From the NCBI RefSeq assembly GCF_963506605.1, contig NC_083277.1:92132001-92196000 (forward strand): DNA of 64,000 nt, in the 5' to 3' direction. Under the pieces are notes generated by a model, which was not told where the DNA came from, made no database searches, and worked only from the letters and a program-made list of their open reading frames with translations. Both the position numbers and the translations under genes were made by a program. This document shows, one piece after another, positions 11,013 to 22,371 of this stretch. The stretch's first letter is position 1, and each line of letters opens with the position of its first letter. This stretch comes from Zootoca vivipara. Its lineage: Eukaryota.

Positions 11013-14000
11013 ATGACTGGATCTCGATTAGAGTTGGTGACTTGTTCTCGAAAAGAGGGATCTGGTATCTTTATGCTTCAGATTTTCCCTGTCTCCACAT
11101 GCCAGTGTTACCATAGTTGGAGGAGTCGCGTTTCTTCCAACTCACAGCAGCAGGCTGTTGGGGGTTGTATTTCAATCTTATGTCCCCAGATAAAATTCAC
11201 TAAAGCCATTCATAGTTTTATGAATGGACTTGGACAGGGAAGAGCAACCTGCAGAGCTCTTTGTGCCAATACACACCTTATTTCCTTTTGCTGAGCCACA
11301 TGGCTGAAACTTTCATCCCAACAACAACAGATCCCAAAGCTACCACAGATATCTTCTTTTCCGCCCAAATGGGGAAAATTCCTGTGTTGGCAGGTGCCTT
11401 TTTATACTAAGTGTTACAAGTGTGTTATTCCTGAGATGGACTCTGCCTTACACTTCCATTTCTCCCAGCAGATGAAAAAAAGGCTACCCTGTAGCGTATT
11501 GATTTCTCACCCATTCCTTGCTAGCTGACTTTCTTTCCCTCTCCCCCATACTTTCTTCTTTCTAAAATGATTGGAAAAGGAATCTATGGCATCTACACTT
11601 GGACCATTTGATTGTTTTCTTATTTTGGAATTGGTGTATATCATGCAGCCTTGCAGACATAATGTCTTGTGTGTATATATATATTAAAAAAAATCAGTGT
11701 TTAAATAAAAAAAGGCCTATGTACTTAATCCTTTAACTCAGCAGCAGCATTTGGTAGTTAGTAATTAACTGTGAATAATAAATATACAACAAATTCTTCA
11801 CTTGAATATCAGTGTCTTTTCTGTTCATTTAATGAACCTTCAGCTAGTTTAGGGCTGCAGTTCTCCTAACCATCTCTACTCCTGCAGGTAAGTGGGGTTA
11901 GGATTGCACCCTGAAAAAGTGATCCACAGAAGGTTCTGCATCTTCAGATAATTTGCTACCGACCCAAAATCTCACCTGTTCAGCATAGATTTCTGCTACA
12001 CTGTAGGTCAAAGGTTGGTGACAGCTAAAAGCTCAATATCCGCCACAAACGAAACATATAAAATAACACAATACTTCCCTTCAACCATACAGTACGGACC
12101 TTAAATCTCACATCACTTACTGAAGAAACAGCCACGGTAACACTTTCAGACTGCATCCTGGGCTGATACATCATAATGGATGGGATGGTATTAAAGAGGT
12201 TGAGGTGAGATTTTTCAGACTACGATACGGCACTGGGGAGGGGGAAAGGATGCTGTATGCTAGACATGGAAGTTGCAGAACCTATGTGTATTCCGTTTAG
12301 AGTAATGGTTTCAGCTGGTGGCCACCACAAACCCTCCCACTCCAAATGTGCGCACACACTTTCTGACTGACTATCTGGTACATTTTTTAAAATACTATAT
12401 TCAGCCAGATAATTTAACATTTAATGTTTAGTTCAATATTTATTGTAGAAAATCTGCCAGAGAAACCCTGACAGCCAAGACTGCCCCTGGACTAGGCCAA
12501 GCTGAAAGAACTCAGAATTTGACAATGTGCCCTTTGAAACTTGCAACAGGCTAAAAGCAAACCAGATCTTGACATATTGACGTGAACTTCTGACTCTAAC
12601 ATTGGTAACAAAATAATACGTAAAACTGCTGTCTCGTAAGGCCATGGTTTTTGAACTCGTGTTGGTGCTTAGGCACTTGGTACTGCAATCTCCTTGCTCT
12701 CCTTTGGAACAGCTACTCTGTCAAAAGCCGATTCTGAAATTCCCTTAGCATTTGCATAACTTGGGTGCATAAGCTGTTAGGGCTGCTTTTGGAAAGAGGG
12801 CACTTGGCAGCTCTGCTATCTGCATGAAGTTAATCCATTTTATCAGAACCCAAGACCATCCTGCCTAAGGGCTGGTCCACACTCCTGCTTCTCTGAGCGG
12901 TTTTCTGCTTGTCCTGTACTTTCTAGGCATGGGGCTGAGCGTTTTTCTATTTCCCCTGGAAAAACCCACTTTTAGTGCTGAATCGGAGCAAATGCCAATC
13001 CATGGAAAACCTCAAAAGATCAGGTTTTCCCAGGGAAACATAGCCAGACAAACAGAAGTCTGGATGTGCCACAAAGAGCCAGAAAGTGGCTAGGCTTGTA
13101 AAATGTCAGTATTGCCTCCTTGTAGGTCTTCAAAATACGACACAATATTATGTTCTATCCCACTGCCTGGGGGCTGCTTTTTCTCTGTAAACTGCATGAC
13201 TATGGGTTAAAAGTTCTTTGGCAGGATGGTATGGGTCTTAATCATTTTTGCACTTTTTTGTTTGGAGACTTTTCACACATTTTGCTGACTAAAAAATTCC
13301 TGATAGAGTTCTGCTCTTGTTTGCATGATACTTCCATTAGTTATTTCATTATAATATGGATCTGCATAGTCTCAAACTAGGCATAAAGTATATGAGTTAC
13401 AGCCTGGACTTCTTAAGCTGGTGTTGCAAAACTGAGTTTGGAATTTTTACCATATTTTTAGAAGTATTCTGATTTAGGCTGCAATCTTAACCCCACTTAC
13501 CTGAGAGTAGGTGCCATTGAATTCAGCGAGACCTACTTCTAAATAGATACAATTAGTAATGTACTTCAGTCTTTTTTATTAAAAAAAAACCTTAGGAAAA
13601 TTTGCAGGGGACATTTCACCCAAAGCCAGCAGAGCTATTGACCACCTAAGTTCACTAAGGTGGAAGAAGAAGATCTCAGATGAAGAGAGAAAAATAGTCT
13701 GACCACATTTTTCCTGTCTCTTCCCCCGCCCCCGCTACCAATTACTGATGTAATCTTTGCCTCTGTTCCATTCGTCAATGGTGCTCAATTTTGCATTCAA
13801 AACTCCTTTTTGAGGCAAATACAGTTTCTCTAGATGTCACATTCTATCCAAGCTTTTATTTAAAAAGGAAAATCTGCATACTTGCCTGCTGTGCTGATTG
13901 CTGGCAAGCCATCAGCCATCAGAAGACATATGGCTCAAATTTTAAATATTGGCTGTCGGTTAGCCTGCACTTCAAAAGCTCTAAATTTAGCCAACGAGTA

Positions 14001-14895
14001 ACCACAGCAACAAACTTGCTATATATCTTTATCCAGTGTTAAAAAAACACAGGTTCACTCACAGAGTGCTAACCTTTCTTGTGTGGGCTATGCATTTAAA
14101 GTGCAATTTGATGCCTGTTTTGATACTGTGTTTAAGAACTAATCTCTGGGAATAAGACCTTCCTCATTTCGCAGTTCGAAATTGCTGATACTCCATTTTA
14201 GTTCCTTTTTATACTTTTCCATATGCAGTCTCCCCACCCACATCATTTATTGTATCTGGGGAATGGGTGTATATAGGTGCCATTATTGTAGACATGTCTA
14301 TCTAGTGAGCTCTGGGAAAATATGACATTGGCATATAGAAAACTGACAAAACTAGGTGGTTAAAAAATCCTGCCGCTGTTCAGCATGGACCTAAACTGAC
14401 TCCTGCATCATGAATTTTTAAACACTAAAGTTGTTGTTTTTCACAATGCACAAGCCACTGAAAATGGGAGAGGATGTACATTAGAGCAGAGATAGGGGAA
14501 TTTGTCCCAAGTTTTTGACTGCAACTCTCATGCCACCATCACCACTGGCCATGTTGGTTGGGATTGAGGATTAGGGGAAAGGGCTACAATACCACTAGGC
14601 ATAACTACTGAACAGATAAAAACCTTTGCATTTTATCTTTTTGTCTCCATTTAGTGAAGGGATTGGTACTTTCAGATTGCGCTCCTTGATGGATAGTTGT
14701 TTCTAAAGCAGCAACCACTGCATAAACAAAATTGAAAACAACTTTATAAGTTGCATAAGTACGGTACTTCACCAAATTACAGATTAATGGGGATGCCAAG
14801 TAATTTTTTGTGTGGGCGCTGCAAGGGACGCTTATAAAACAGGCAAACTTGCAGTTAGTGGGAGTCCTATTTCTGTATAAGGCTGTGTGTGTAGA

Positions 14896-15157
14896 CACTG
14901 GGGGAGCGGGGGGCGTACCGCCCCCAGCACCATCAGAAAGGGGGGGTACCATCGCGGGCACCCCCGGACAGGCGCCGCGTAACCCCCACTGTGCTGGGCG
15001 CCGCGCTCCCGCACACGGCGTGCCACACCCCCGAGTGACACCACGCCCCACAGTGGCATGCCACGCCCCTGGGACACATGCCACGCCCCTGGGACACATG
15101 CCAGCCACGCCCATCTGCGCTCTGCCCCCGGTGCCAGAGCATGCAGCTTCGCCACTG
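14896..15157. mobile_element. GC-rich hAT-type MITE with internal 20-bp tandem repeat
   Basis: Imperfect TIR cactgggggagc/gcttcgccactg; 8-bp TSD tgtgtaga (14888-14895, 15158-15165); tgccacgcccctgggacaca x2. Confidence 0.75.
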
Positions 15158-15166
15158 TGTGTAGAG

Positions 15167-15352
15167 CAGCAGTTCCCAACTATGCTCCAGGGAGCACTTG
15201 GTGCCCCACAAAGCATCTCCAAGTGTTCCACGGAGGGATTGGAAATAAAATAAATAAATATGTGCCCTTGGAATAAGGGCGATGATTGTGCTCCATGATG
15301 AATTTTATCTCCTAAAAAGTGCTCCACGGCTCAAAATGTTTGGGAACTGCTG
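15167..15352. mobile_element. hAT-type MITE
   Basis: TIR cagcagttcccaa/ttgggaactgctg; degenerate TSD gtgtagag/gcgtagaa. Confidence 0.75.
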
Positions 15353-16009
15353 GCGTAGAAGATAGTTTTCATTTGCATAATTCTTCATAGAAAGCGGTAA
15401 GAATACAGAGCTCCACAAGAGAACAGGTAGTAGTACCGTTTGGCATAGTATAACTGCCAAACAATCACTAATTATGTCATAACATTGGTGAGCAGGATGG
15501 ATTTTGTTTCACCACACATTTTGAGTGATTGCACACACACCCTCTTTTGTGGAAGCAATCACTTTTTAATGATGTCACTTTGGTCCACACAAAGTACATG
15601 TAAAATGATACAGGTGAGATTTAGGAGTTGGTCTTGTGAAAGGTAATCTGCAGCCTGCCTTAATCTTACATAAATGTACAGTCTGTTTTAAGCTTTTTCT
15701 TTATCATTAGTTCAAATATTACTGTCTATTTTAAGTAAAAAACGTAAGGAGAGGGAAAGAGAAGGAGGTGGTAAGTTCAAGGGCAGGCTTTTTCGGTGGA
15801 GTGGGGGGTGAGAAGGAGTTATAGTAGTATTGAGTCATGTTTTAAGCCTCTGTTAAAGCACAGTAATAGTTCTTTAAAAAACTAGAAGTTGATTTTTCGT
15901 ATTTTGCTTGATGGGAGTGTAAAAGTTGTTCTCCCCAAGTACAGGCTTGGAGTTAGGGGCAGGCCACCTGAGATGTCTATACCTGAGCAGGTGCCTATAT
16001 ACCATAAGC

Positions 16010-16339
16010 TACAGAGCCTAGGGCTTGCCGATCAGAAGGTCGGCAGTTCGAACCCCCACGATGGGGTGAGCTCCCTTTGCTCTGTCCCAGCTCCTGCCAA
16101 CCTAGCAGTTCGAAAGCACCCCAGTGCAACTAGATAAATAGGTACCACTATGGTGGGAAGGTAAATGGCGTTTCCGTGCGCTGCTCTGGTTCGCCAGAAG
16201 CGGCTTAGCCATGCTGGCCACATGCCTCGGAAGCTGTCTGCGGACAAACACCGGCTCCTTTGGCCAGTAAAGCGAGATGAGTGCCGCAACCCCAGTCGTC
16301 TGCGACTGGACCTAACAGTCAGGGGTCCCTTTACCTTTA
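16010..16339 (+). mobile_element. Sauria SINE (slightly 5'-truncated)
   Basis: Homologous to the other copies; tail ggggtccctttaccttt. Confidence 0.92.
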
Positions 16340-17039
16340 TCCAGTCATAGACTCATAGGCTCATAGACTTGTAGAGTTGGAAGGGATCCTGGCTGGGAAT
16401 CATCTACTGTATTCTATCCAATCCCCTGCAATGCAGAAATTTCAACAAACGGGTCCCCCATGCAATTTGAAACCATACCAGACCTTGCTTAGCTTTGCAA
16501 ATGTGCTAGCAGCAATAAATATTACCACTATTTAACACCCATCACGACACAAAGTAATGCAGAATCATATTACAAATTATGCCTCTGAATGATTTAAAAA
16601 GTTGAACCAAAAATGAAATCGGTTTGGGGTGCCCCTATATTAAACTATTTAAAAATACACAATAAGCAGATTTGGAACAGGCAGCCAAGCACATAGGCCT
16701 ACTTTATTTATATGAAAGGAGGCGTGTGTTGTGCCCTTAACATAAACTTTTTTTTTTGTTTCCAAGGAAACTCCAACCCGACGCTCTGTGAATTCTAATA
16801 AATATACATGACCAGAATAAATTACTTTGCACCCCGCCCCCCCCGGAGAACTCCATGCACGTTTGTTTCCTTTACGTGCCTCTCCTTCCATAGAGGGCTC
16901 CTGTTCCAACACATCCTTGGCACATTTCAGATCCGGCTGCCTTTATAACAGGCCGACATATTATATCTCCTTTCCTGAGCTTCCTGAAGCAGCTAAATTC
17001 CATCCCCTCTCCGCCTCTTTCTTCCTCTCCCTTTACAGT

Positions 17040-17460
17040 AAAAAGAAGCCGCTTCAGAGAATCCGTCCCGCTACGGACTACATTTCCCAGAAGACTGAGC
17101 GGCTGCCTCGTACCTCGCGTGGGCAGCGTGAGGCCGGCTTTCCAACGCCGCCGGGCCTTTGGGCGGAGCGAGCTTGTGCCGCCGCCCGGCCTTGTCACTT
17201 GGGCAGTAGTCGCCCTCCTTTGCCGCCGGGAGAAGCGCGTTGAGGAGCTGCGGGCGCGAGCCTACGGGAGGGACCCGCGACCCAAGGCAGGTGGGGGGGG
17301 GTCCTACTTTGGGGCAGGGGAGGTGGGCGGCGCTAAAAGAATTAAGACACCGCCAATTGGTTCCCGCCACTCAAACTCCTCCCTTCAGGTCATGTCCTCT
17401 GGATGGCCCTTCAGCGGCGGCGCGTATGAACTCTGCACATGCTCAGGCGCGCTTCCTCCT
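17040..17460 (+). promoter_or_regulatory. SLC25A19: CpG-island promoter and probable non-coding exon 1 of SLC25A19
   Basis: High CpG density; ZNF143/THAP11-type motif ACTACATTTCCCAGAAGAC at 17077-17095; GC boxes; candidate donor cag|gtgggg at 17290. Confidence 0.75.
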
Positions 17461-17503
17461 TACTTACGACACGGAAAAGCACACAATTTTAACAGAAGTA
17501 GTA

Positions 17504-17851
17504 AAGGTAAAGGGACCCCTGACCATTAGGTCCAGTCGTGACCGACTCTGGGGTTGCGCGCTCATCTCGCATTATTGGCCGAGGGAGCCGGCGTATAGCT
17601 TCCAGGTCATGTGGCCAGCATGACAAAGCCGCTTCTGGCGAACCAGAGCAGCACACGGAAACGCCGTTTACCTTCCCGCTGTAGCGGTTCCTATTTATCT
17701 ACTTGCATTTTGAGGTGCTTTCGAACTGTTAGGTTGGCAGGAGCTGGGACCAAACTACGGGAGCTCAGCCCGTCACAGGGATTCGAACCGCCGACCTTCT
17801 GATCAGCAAGCCCTAGGCTCAGTGGTTTAACCACAGCGCCACCTGGTCACC
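17504..17851 (-). mobile_element. Sauria SINE
   Basis: Full homology; 14-bp TSD taacagaa(g/a)tagta (17490-17503, 17852-17865). Confidence 0.95.
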
Positions 17852-18384
17852 TAACAGAAATAGTAGCGCAAGATAAATGAAACATCAAAAAGTACAAAAC
17901 CAAATTAAAACAGCAGCAGCAGCACCTTTCGGATTTTGAGGGCTTTTTTGTGGTGGTTGTGGAGGGGGCGGGGGTCGCTTCAGGAATTGCAGATTTTCGG
18001 AGAGGCTCTCTTAAGAGAACCAGTGTGGTGCTGTGCAGTGGTTAAGAGTGTCGGGTTGTTCGACTGAAAAATTTAAACACCAATACTGTTAATATACCAA
18101 TTGTAGCATGCCCAAAGCTCTGTGCATGAGATACAGGCATGGGATAGGCACCTGAGAAAAGCTAACTACAACTATGAAACAGTCTGATTTGACTAGTATT
18201 GGAGCCTTTGACTCTGTTACTAACTCATTTTATAAAGCAAGGTATGATTAGAAATGGAATATTTCTGTCCCCTTCACGGTTTTTGAGGGATGTGTATGAA
18301 AATACCTTAAGATCCTAAGGCCAGTTAGAGGAGACAAATCTGGAATAGGTTCTCTCAGTGTAAGGCAGCTTTGCATCTTCAAGT

Positions 18385-18736
18385 AAGGTAAAGGTAAAGG
18401 CAGGGCCCCTGACCATCAGGTCCAGTCGTGTCCGACTCTGGGGTTGCGGCGCTCATCTCGCTCTATAGGCCGAGGGAGCCGGCGTTTGTCCGCAGACAGC
18501 TTTCGGGTCATGTGGCCAGCATGACAAAGCTGCTTCTGGTGAACCAGAGCAGCACACGGAAACGCCGTTTACCTTCCCGCCGGAGCGGTCCCTATTTATC
18601 TACTTGCACTTTGATGTGCTTTCGAACTGCTAGGTTGGCAGGAGCTGGGACCGAGCAACAGGAGCGGGATTCGAACCGCCGACCTTCTGATCAGCAAGCC
18701 CTAGACTCTGTGGTTTAACCCACAGCGCCACCTGGG
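18385..18736 (-). mobile_element. Sauria SINE
   Basis: Full homology with a small internal deletion; TSD tcaagt. Confidence 0.93.
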
Positions 18737-18923
18737 TCAAGTTTCCTATAAACGCACTGCCCTGCTGTCTGTGTGTTTGCTAGACAGTTCTGGATTGATT
18801 GTTTGTTTTTGCAGTGTAAATAATTATCTTGTTACAGGTAGGTAGCCGTGTTGGTCTGGATCGAAGTAAAATAAAAAAAATTCCTTCAGTAGCACCTTAA
18901 AGACCAACTAAGTTTTTATTTTG

Positions 18924-18961
18924 GTATGAGCTTTCGTGTGCATGCACACTTCTTCAGATAC
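18924..18961 (-). ncRNA. Minimal type I hammerhead ribozyme motif (antisense copy)
   Basis: Reverse complement of 19525-19562. Confidence 0.7.
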
Positions 18962-19524
18962 AGTGAAATGGAAGTTATCAGGCACTTATGTAGAGAAGGG
19001 GTGGGGAGGGGTGGGGAGGGGGAGGGGGGATCACTCAGAAGGGTGGTGGAAATGGGTGATTGACTGACTGATAGCTGTTGATGACCAAACCCTACGCCAA
19101 AGGATAAATGGACATAAATCTGACATCAGGAACCAGAAGACAGAAAAACCAGTAGGAGAACACTTCAATCTCCCAGGACATTCTATACAAGATCTCAAAG
19201 TAGCTGTCTTACTACAAAAGAATTTCAGAAATAGACTGGAAAGAGAAGTTGCTGAATTGCAACTTATCACCAAGCTCAAAACCATGGAGGGACCTGGTTT
19301 GAACAGAGATATCGGATTCTTATCTCATTATACATGATAAGCGATCTTCAGCCATCTCAACCCTTGCTTTTTCATGCAAAACCATTTGCAGTCGTTTCTG
19401 GTCATCAACAGCTATCAGTCAGTCAATCACCCATTTCCACCACCCTTCTGAGTGATCCCCCCTCCCCATCCCCACCCCTCCCCACCCCTTCTCTACATAA
19501 GTGCCTGGTAACTTCCATTTCACT

Positions 19525-19562
19525 GTATCTGAAGAAGTGTGCATGCACACGAAAGCTCATAC
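19525..19562 (+). ncRNA. Minimal type I hammerhead ribozyme motif
   Basis: gtat-CTGAAGA-a-gtgtg(catg)cacac-GAAA-gc-TC-atac: stem I gtat/atac, stem II 5 bp, palindromic AGCU stem III. Confidence 0.75.
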
Positions 19563-19818
19563 CAAAATAATTATCTTCACATTCTTTTTACAGTGTTGGA
19601 AAAATAAAATCCTATACTGTATTGGAACCAGTATTTTCAATAGAAAAACATTAAGAAAGATGCATTGGGGTCATGATGGTCAATATTTTATTGTAGTAGC
19701 TTTTTTGTATTTTCTCATCTGAAAAACAGTAAAAATACATACATACATATATATATTTAAATCACCAGTGTCAGCTAGCGTGAATGGATATTGAGGCTGC
19801 CTGTGCAACCCTAGAGGG

Positions 19819-19950
19819 ATGGTTGGCTATGACCCAGATTCCGAGTGTGCGTCTCTTTCAACCGTGGACATAGCAACAGCAGGATCTGCATCTGGGTTTG
19901 TCACTCGGGCAATGATCAGCCCCTTTGACGTCCTAAAGATCCGTTTTCAG
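19819..19950 (+). CDS. SLC25A19: SLC25A19 (mitochondrial thiamine pyrophosphate carrier) coding exon 1, 132 nt
   Basis: MVGYDP...[11 protein letters not shown] carrier signature PxDxxK; donor gtacag. Confidence 0.96.
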
Positions 19951-20780
19951 GTACAGTTCACATAACAATTACTGAGTTGCTACAGTGAACAAACAAAAAG
20001 TTTGCTATCAAACTTAAGCCATCAACCATGCCCACTGTCTTCTCGATCAGTAAGCTGTATAGTTAGGAAGCTATTCCTTTATGAGTCAGCTTTCTAGGCT
20101 GTCTCATAAGAAATGTTCTTAAATTGGACAGCCAGTTAAATGAACTCATTCTCCAAGTCTCAATCCTTAATGTAGCTAAAAGAGCACCATCAGTGCACAA
20201 GACAGAGGTATCAACAGACTTGAGAGGGACCCCAACATTTGCATCAATACAAACATCTTTTAAAAAACCCTAAAGAGGGCATGACAAGAAAAGCAGACAG
20301 TGAGGACAGAGCACAATCAGTGTGACCACAGAACACTAGCTGGGACATTGAAAGCAGCATAGTGGAGCCTTTTGTTATAGGCCCCACTTGTTTAACAGGC
20401 TTGTGTTACATGCAATTAACATGCAAACACCGCAGAAGATGAAGTTAATTATCATGCCATTTGATCTCCGTAAGCCCTCCCTGCTTTAGAGACGTTGTGT
20501 GAAAACTGGTAATATACTCTTGACAGTTAGAATTATGTTCTACATGGCCTAGAAAGAGTTGAGAGAAGCACCCTAATTATTTAATTATTTAAACCAGGCA
20601 TATAGAACCTGTGGTCCTCTAACTCTCAGCATACCTAACCATTTGACAAGCTGGCTGGGGCTGGGGTGATGTTTAACAACATGTGGAAGGCCACAGGTTT
20701 CATATCCCGAATTTAAACCATGAAGCAATTTACAGTGTATACATTAAAACGGAATGCCAACTATACGTGTCTTCTTTCAG

Positions 20781-20936
20781 CTTCAGATAGAGACACTTTC
20801 TGCCAGAAACCCCCAGGCTAAGTATCATGGCATCTGGCAGGCTACTTGCAAGATGTTCCAGGAAGAAGGGCTACCAGCTTTCTGGAAAGGCCATGTCCCT
20901 GCTCAGCTCCTCTCAGTTACCTATGGAGCTGTCCAG
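20781..20936 (+). CDS. SLC25A19: SLC25A19 coding exon 2, 156 nt
   Basis: LQIE...KYHGIWQA...[19 protein letters not shown]; cag/gtaaga. Confidence 0.97.
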
Positions 20937-21092
20937 GTAAGAATTAGGAAATGTTTGGGATTAACTCTCTACCCTGAGTATTTCATCTTTTCCCATGACT
21001 TCCTCAACAAATCTATTTTGTTATAACTACCTTTCCTTTATTTGCCCTCAAGTACCAGTTTCACTTTTCTAACGGCCAGTTGTTGTAGTAGT

Positions 21093-21138
21093 AACAACAA
21101 CAACAACAACAAGAACAACAACAAGAACAACAACAACA
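21093..21138. repeat. (AAC)n microsatellite at the tail of an antisense L2 3' fragment (to ~21310)
   Basis: Direct read; ggctgccttcagatgt...ccttgacatc shared with other L2 fragments. Confidence 0.7.
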
Positions 21139-21440
21139 TTGTTATTAAAATGGACAGTTAACAGCACATATAAAAACAAAGTAAAACAGCAAACATAAAA
21201 AAACTTCCCAATACAAGGCTGCCTTCAGATGTGTTCTAAATGTTGTGTAGTTCTTTATCTCCTTGACATCAGATGGGAGTGCATTCCATGGGGTGGAGGT
21301 GGGCACAGCTAGGATGTTGACCAGAACATTTGATCTTGTGTATAGAGGAGGTAGGAACCATGCATAACAAAGACTTCACTCTTTTGTCATCTGGACTCTT
21401 ACTGTGCTTTCTAACCATGTGTAAAGTAATTATAATGCTA

Positions 21441-22368
21441 CTACCGGGTATCATAGCTGCCACATGTTGCTGTGGCTCAGTCTGTTAAATGGAGACTCAG
21501 ACTCCCCCTTCAGACTCCCCTCACCTTCAGAGTCCCCCTGTTTTACGCGTGTTCTGTTTATGCAGGCGCATCCCTGTGACCCCCCACCCTGTGCCGCCCC
21601 CTCCTCTCCCTACCCCCCGGCTTATCCCTGTGATTCCCCCCACCCTGTCCCAACCCATGATGTATCATGCCCCCTCTTCCCCCCACCCCCCTGCTCATCC
21701 CTGTGACTGGTCCCACCGTGTCCTGACCTATCCCGTCCTTTTCTCCCCCCCCCAACCCCCACCCAGGCGAGTCAGTACCTCCATTCGGCTTAGTCTGTAA
21801 AGGCTTCGGCCTAGTATGTAAACGGGAGCCGAGGTGCTATTGAGAGGGAAGGTTCTTTAGGTGTAGTACCAGTGTAGCCGTTGCTAGAGGGCGCTGGTTT
21901 GCAACCTGGTTCTTTTCCCAGAATGCATTTTCGTCTGAGTGGTGTGTTTTGAAACACGGGGTTTGGGTTTTTTTACCAGGCACAGGTGTGACATCTGTCT
22001 TTGAAAACGGTACAGGGTTGCTCTCATATTCGCATGCGGCATTGAGTCAAAACTTGAACACAATTGGTCAAGCGGTTTTGGTGAAACGTGGATACTAACG
22101 GACATGGCCAATTTACATTTTTATATACAGTGCTGCCTCGCAAGACGAAATTAATTCGTGCTGTGAGTCGCTTCCTCTTGCGATAATTTCGTCTTGCGAA
22201 GCGCGGTTTGCCGTGGAAAAAAAAAACCCGCCAAAAAAATTTGTCTTGCGAAGCACGGCCATAGAAAACTTTGTCTTGCAAGTCACCAAAAACATCGCAA
22301 AACGCTTTCGTCTTGCGAGTTTTGTGTTGCGCAAGGCATTCATCTTGCGAGGTACCACTGTATATAGA
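21441..22368 (-). mobile_element. Non-autonomous Helitron, interrupted by a MITE
   Basis: Minus-strand 5' end A|TCTATATA..TATAAAAATG after removing the MITE; subterminal hairpin gccaca-tgttgc-tgtggc (21459-21476); terminal CTAG degenerate; no TSD. Confidence 0.6.
22128..22360. mobile_element. Tc1/mariner (Tigger-like) MITE
   Basis: TIR cagtgctgcctcgcaaga/tcttgcgaggtaccactg; TA TSD. Confidence 0.9.
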
Positions 22369-22371
22369 TTG

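Larger units (their letters stand above)
9389..11805 (+). other. GRB2: GRB2 3' UTR (long form) ending in an apparently conserved block with AATAAA at 11704 and 11777
   Basis: Terminal block cctatgtacttaatcctttaactc...gtgaataataaata resembles the mammalian GRB2 3' end as I recall it; followed by a GT/T-rich stretch. Confidence 0.7.
18831..19564 (+). mobile_element. Penelope-like element, 5'-truncated with inverted pLTR
   Basis: GIY-YIG C-terminal frame 19086-19337 (QTLRQRINGHKSDIRN...VGEHFNLPGHS...REVAE...GLNRD); ~172-bp inverted arms 18916-19087/19399-19570; 13-bp TSD aaataattatctt (18818-18830, 19565-19577). Confidence 0.9.

Noticed and set aside
11850-13560. Further short degenerate inverted-repeat elements (11850-11915, 12868-13070, 13476-13560)
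   Set aside because: Probably old MITEs, but termini and TSDs are too decayed to call
14605-15327. 240-aa minus-strand ORF and overlapping ORFs
   Set aside because: Run through two GC-rich MITEs; low stop-codon frequency explains them
16475-16505. gaccttgcttagcttt resembles antisense 5S rRNA
   Set aside because: Too short; at most a fragment of a 5S-derived repeat, not an rRNA gene
21480-22110. Viral IRES / endogenous picornavirus 5' UTR interpretation of the C-rich tract plus hairpins
   Set aside because: No downstream viral ORF or diagnostic IRES motifs; Helitron-type termini explain the boundaries better
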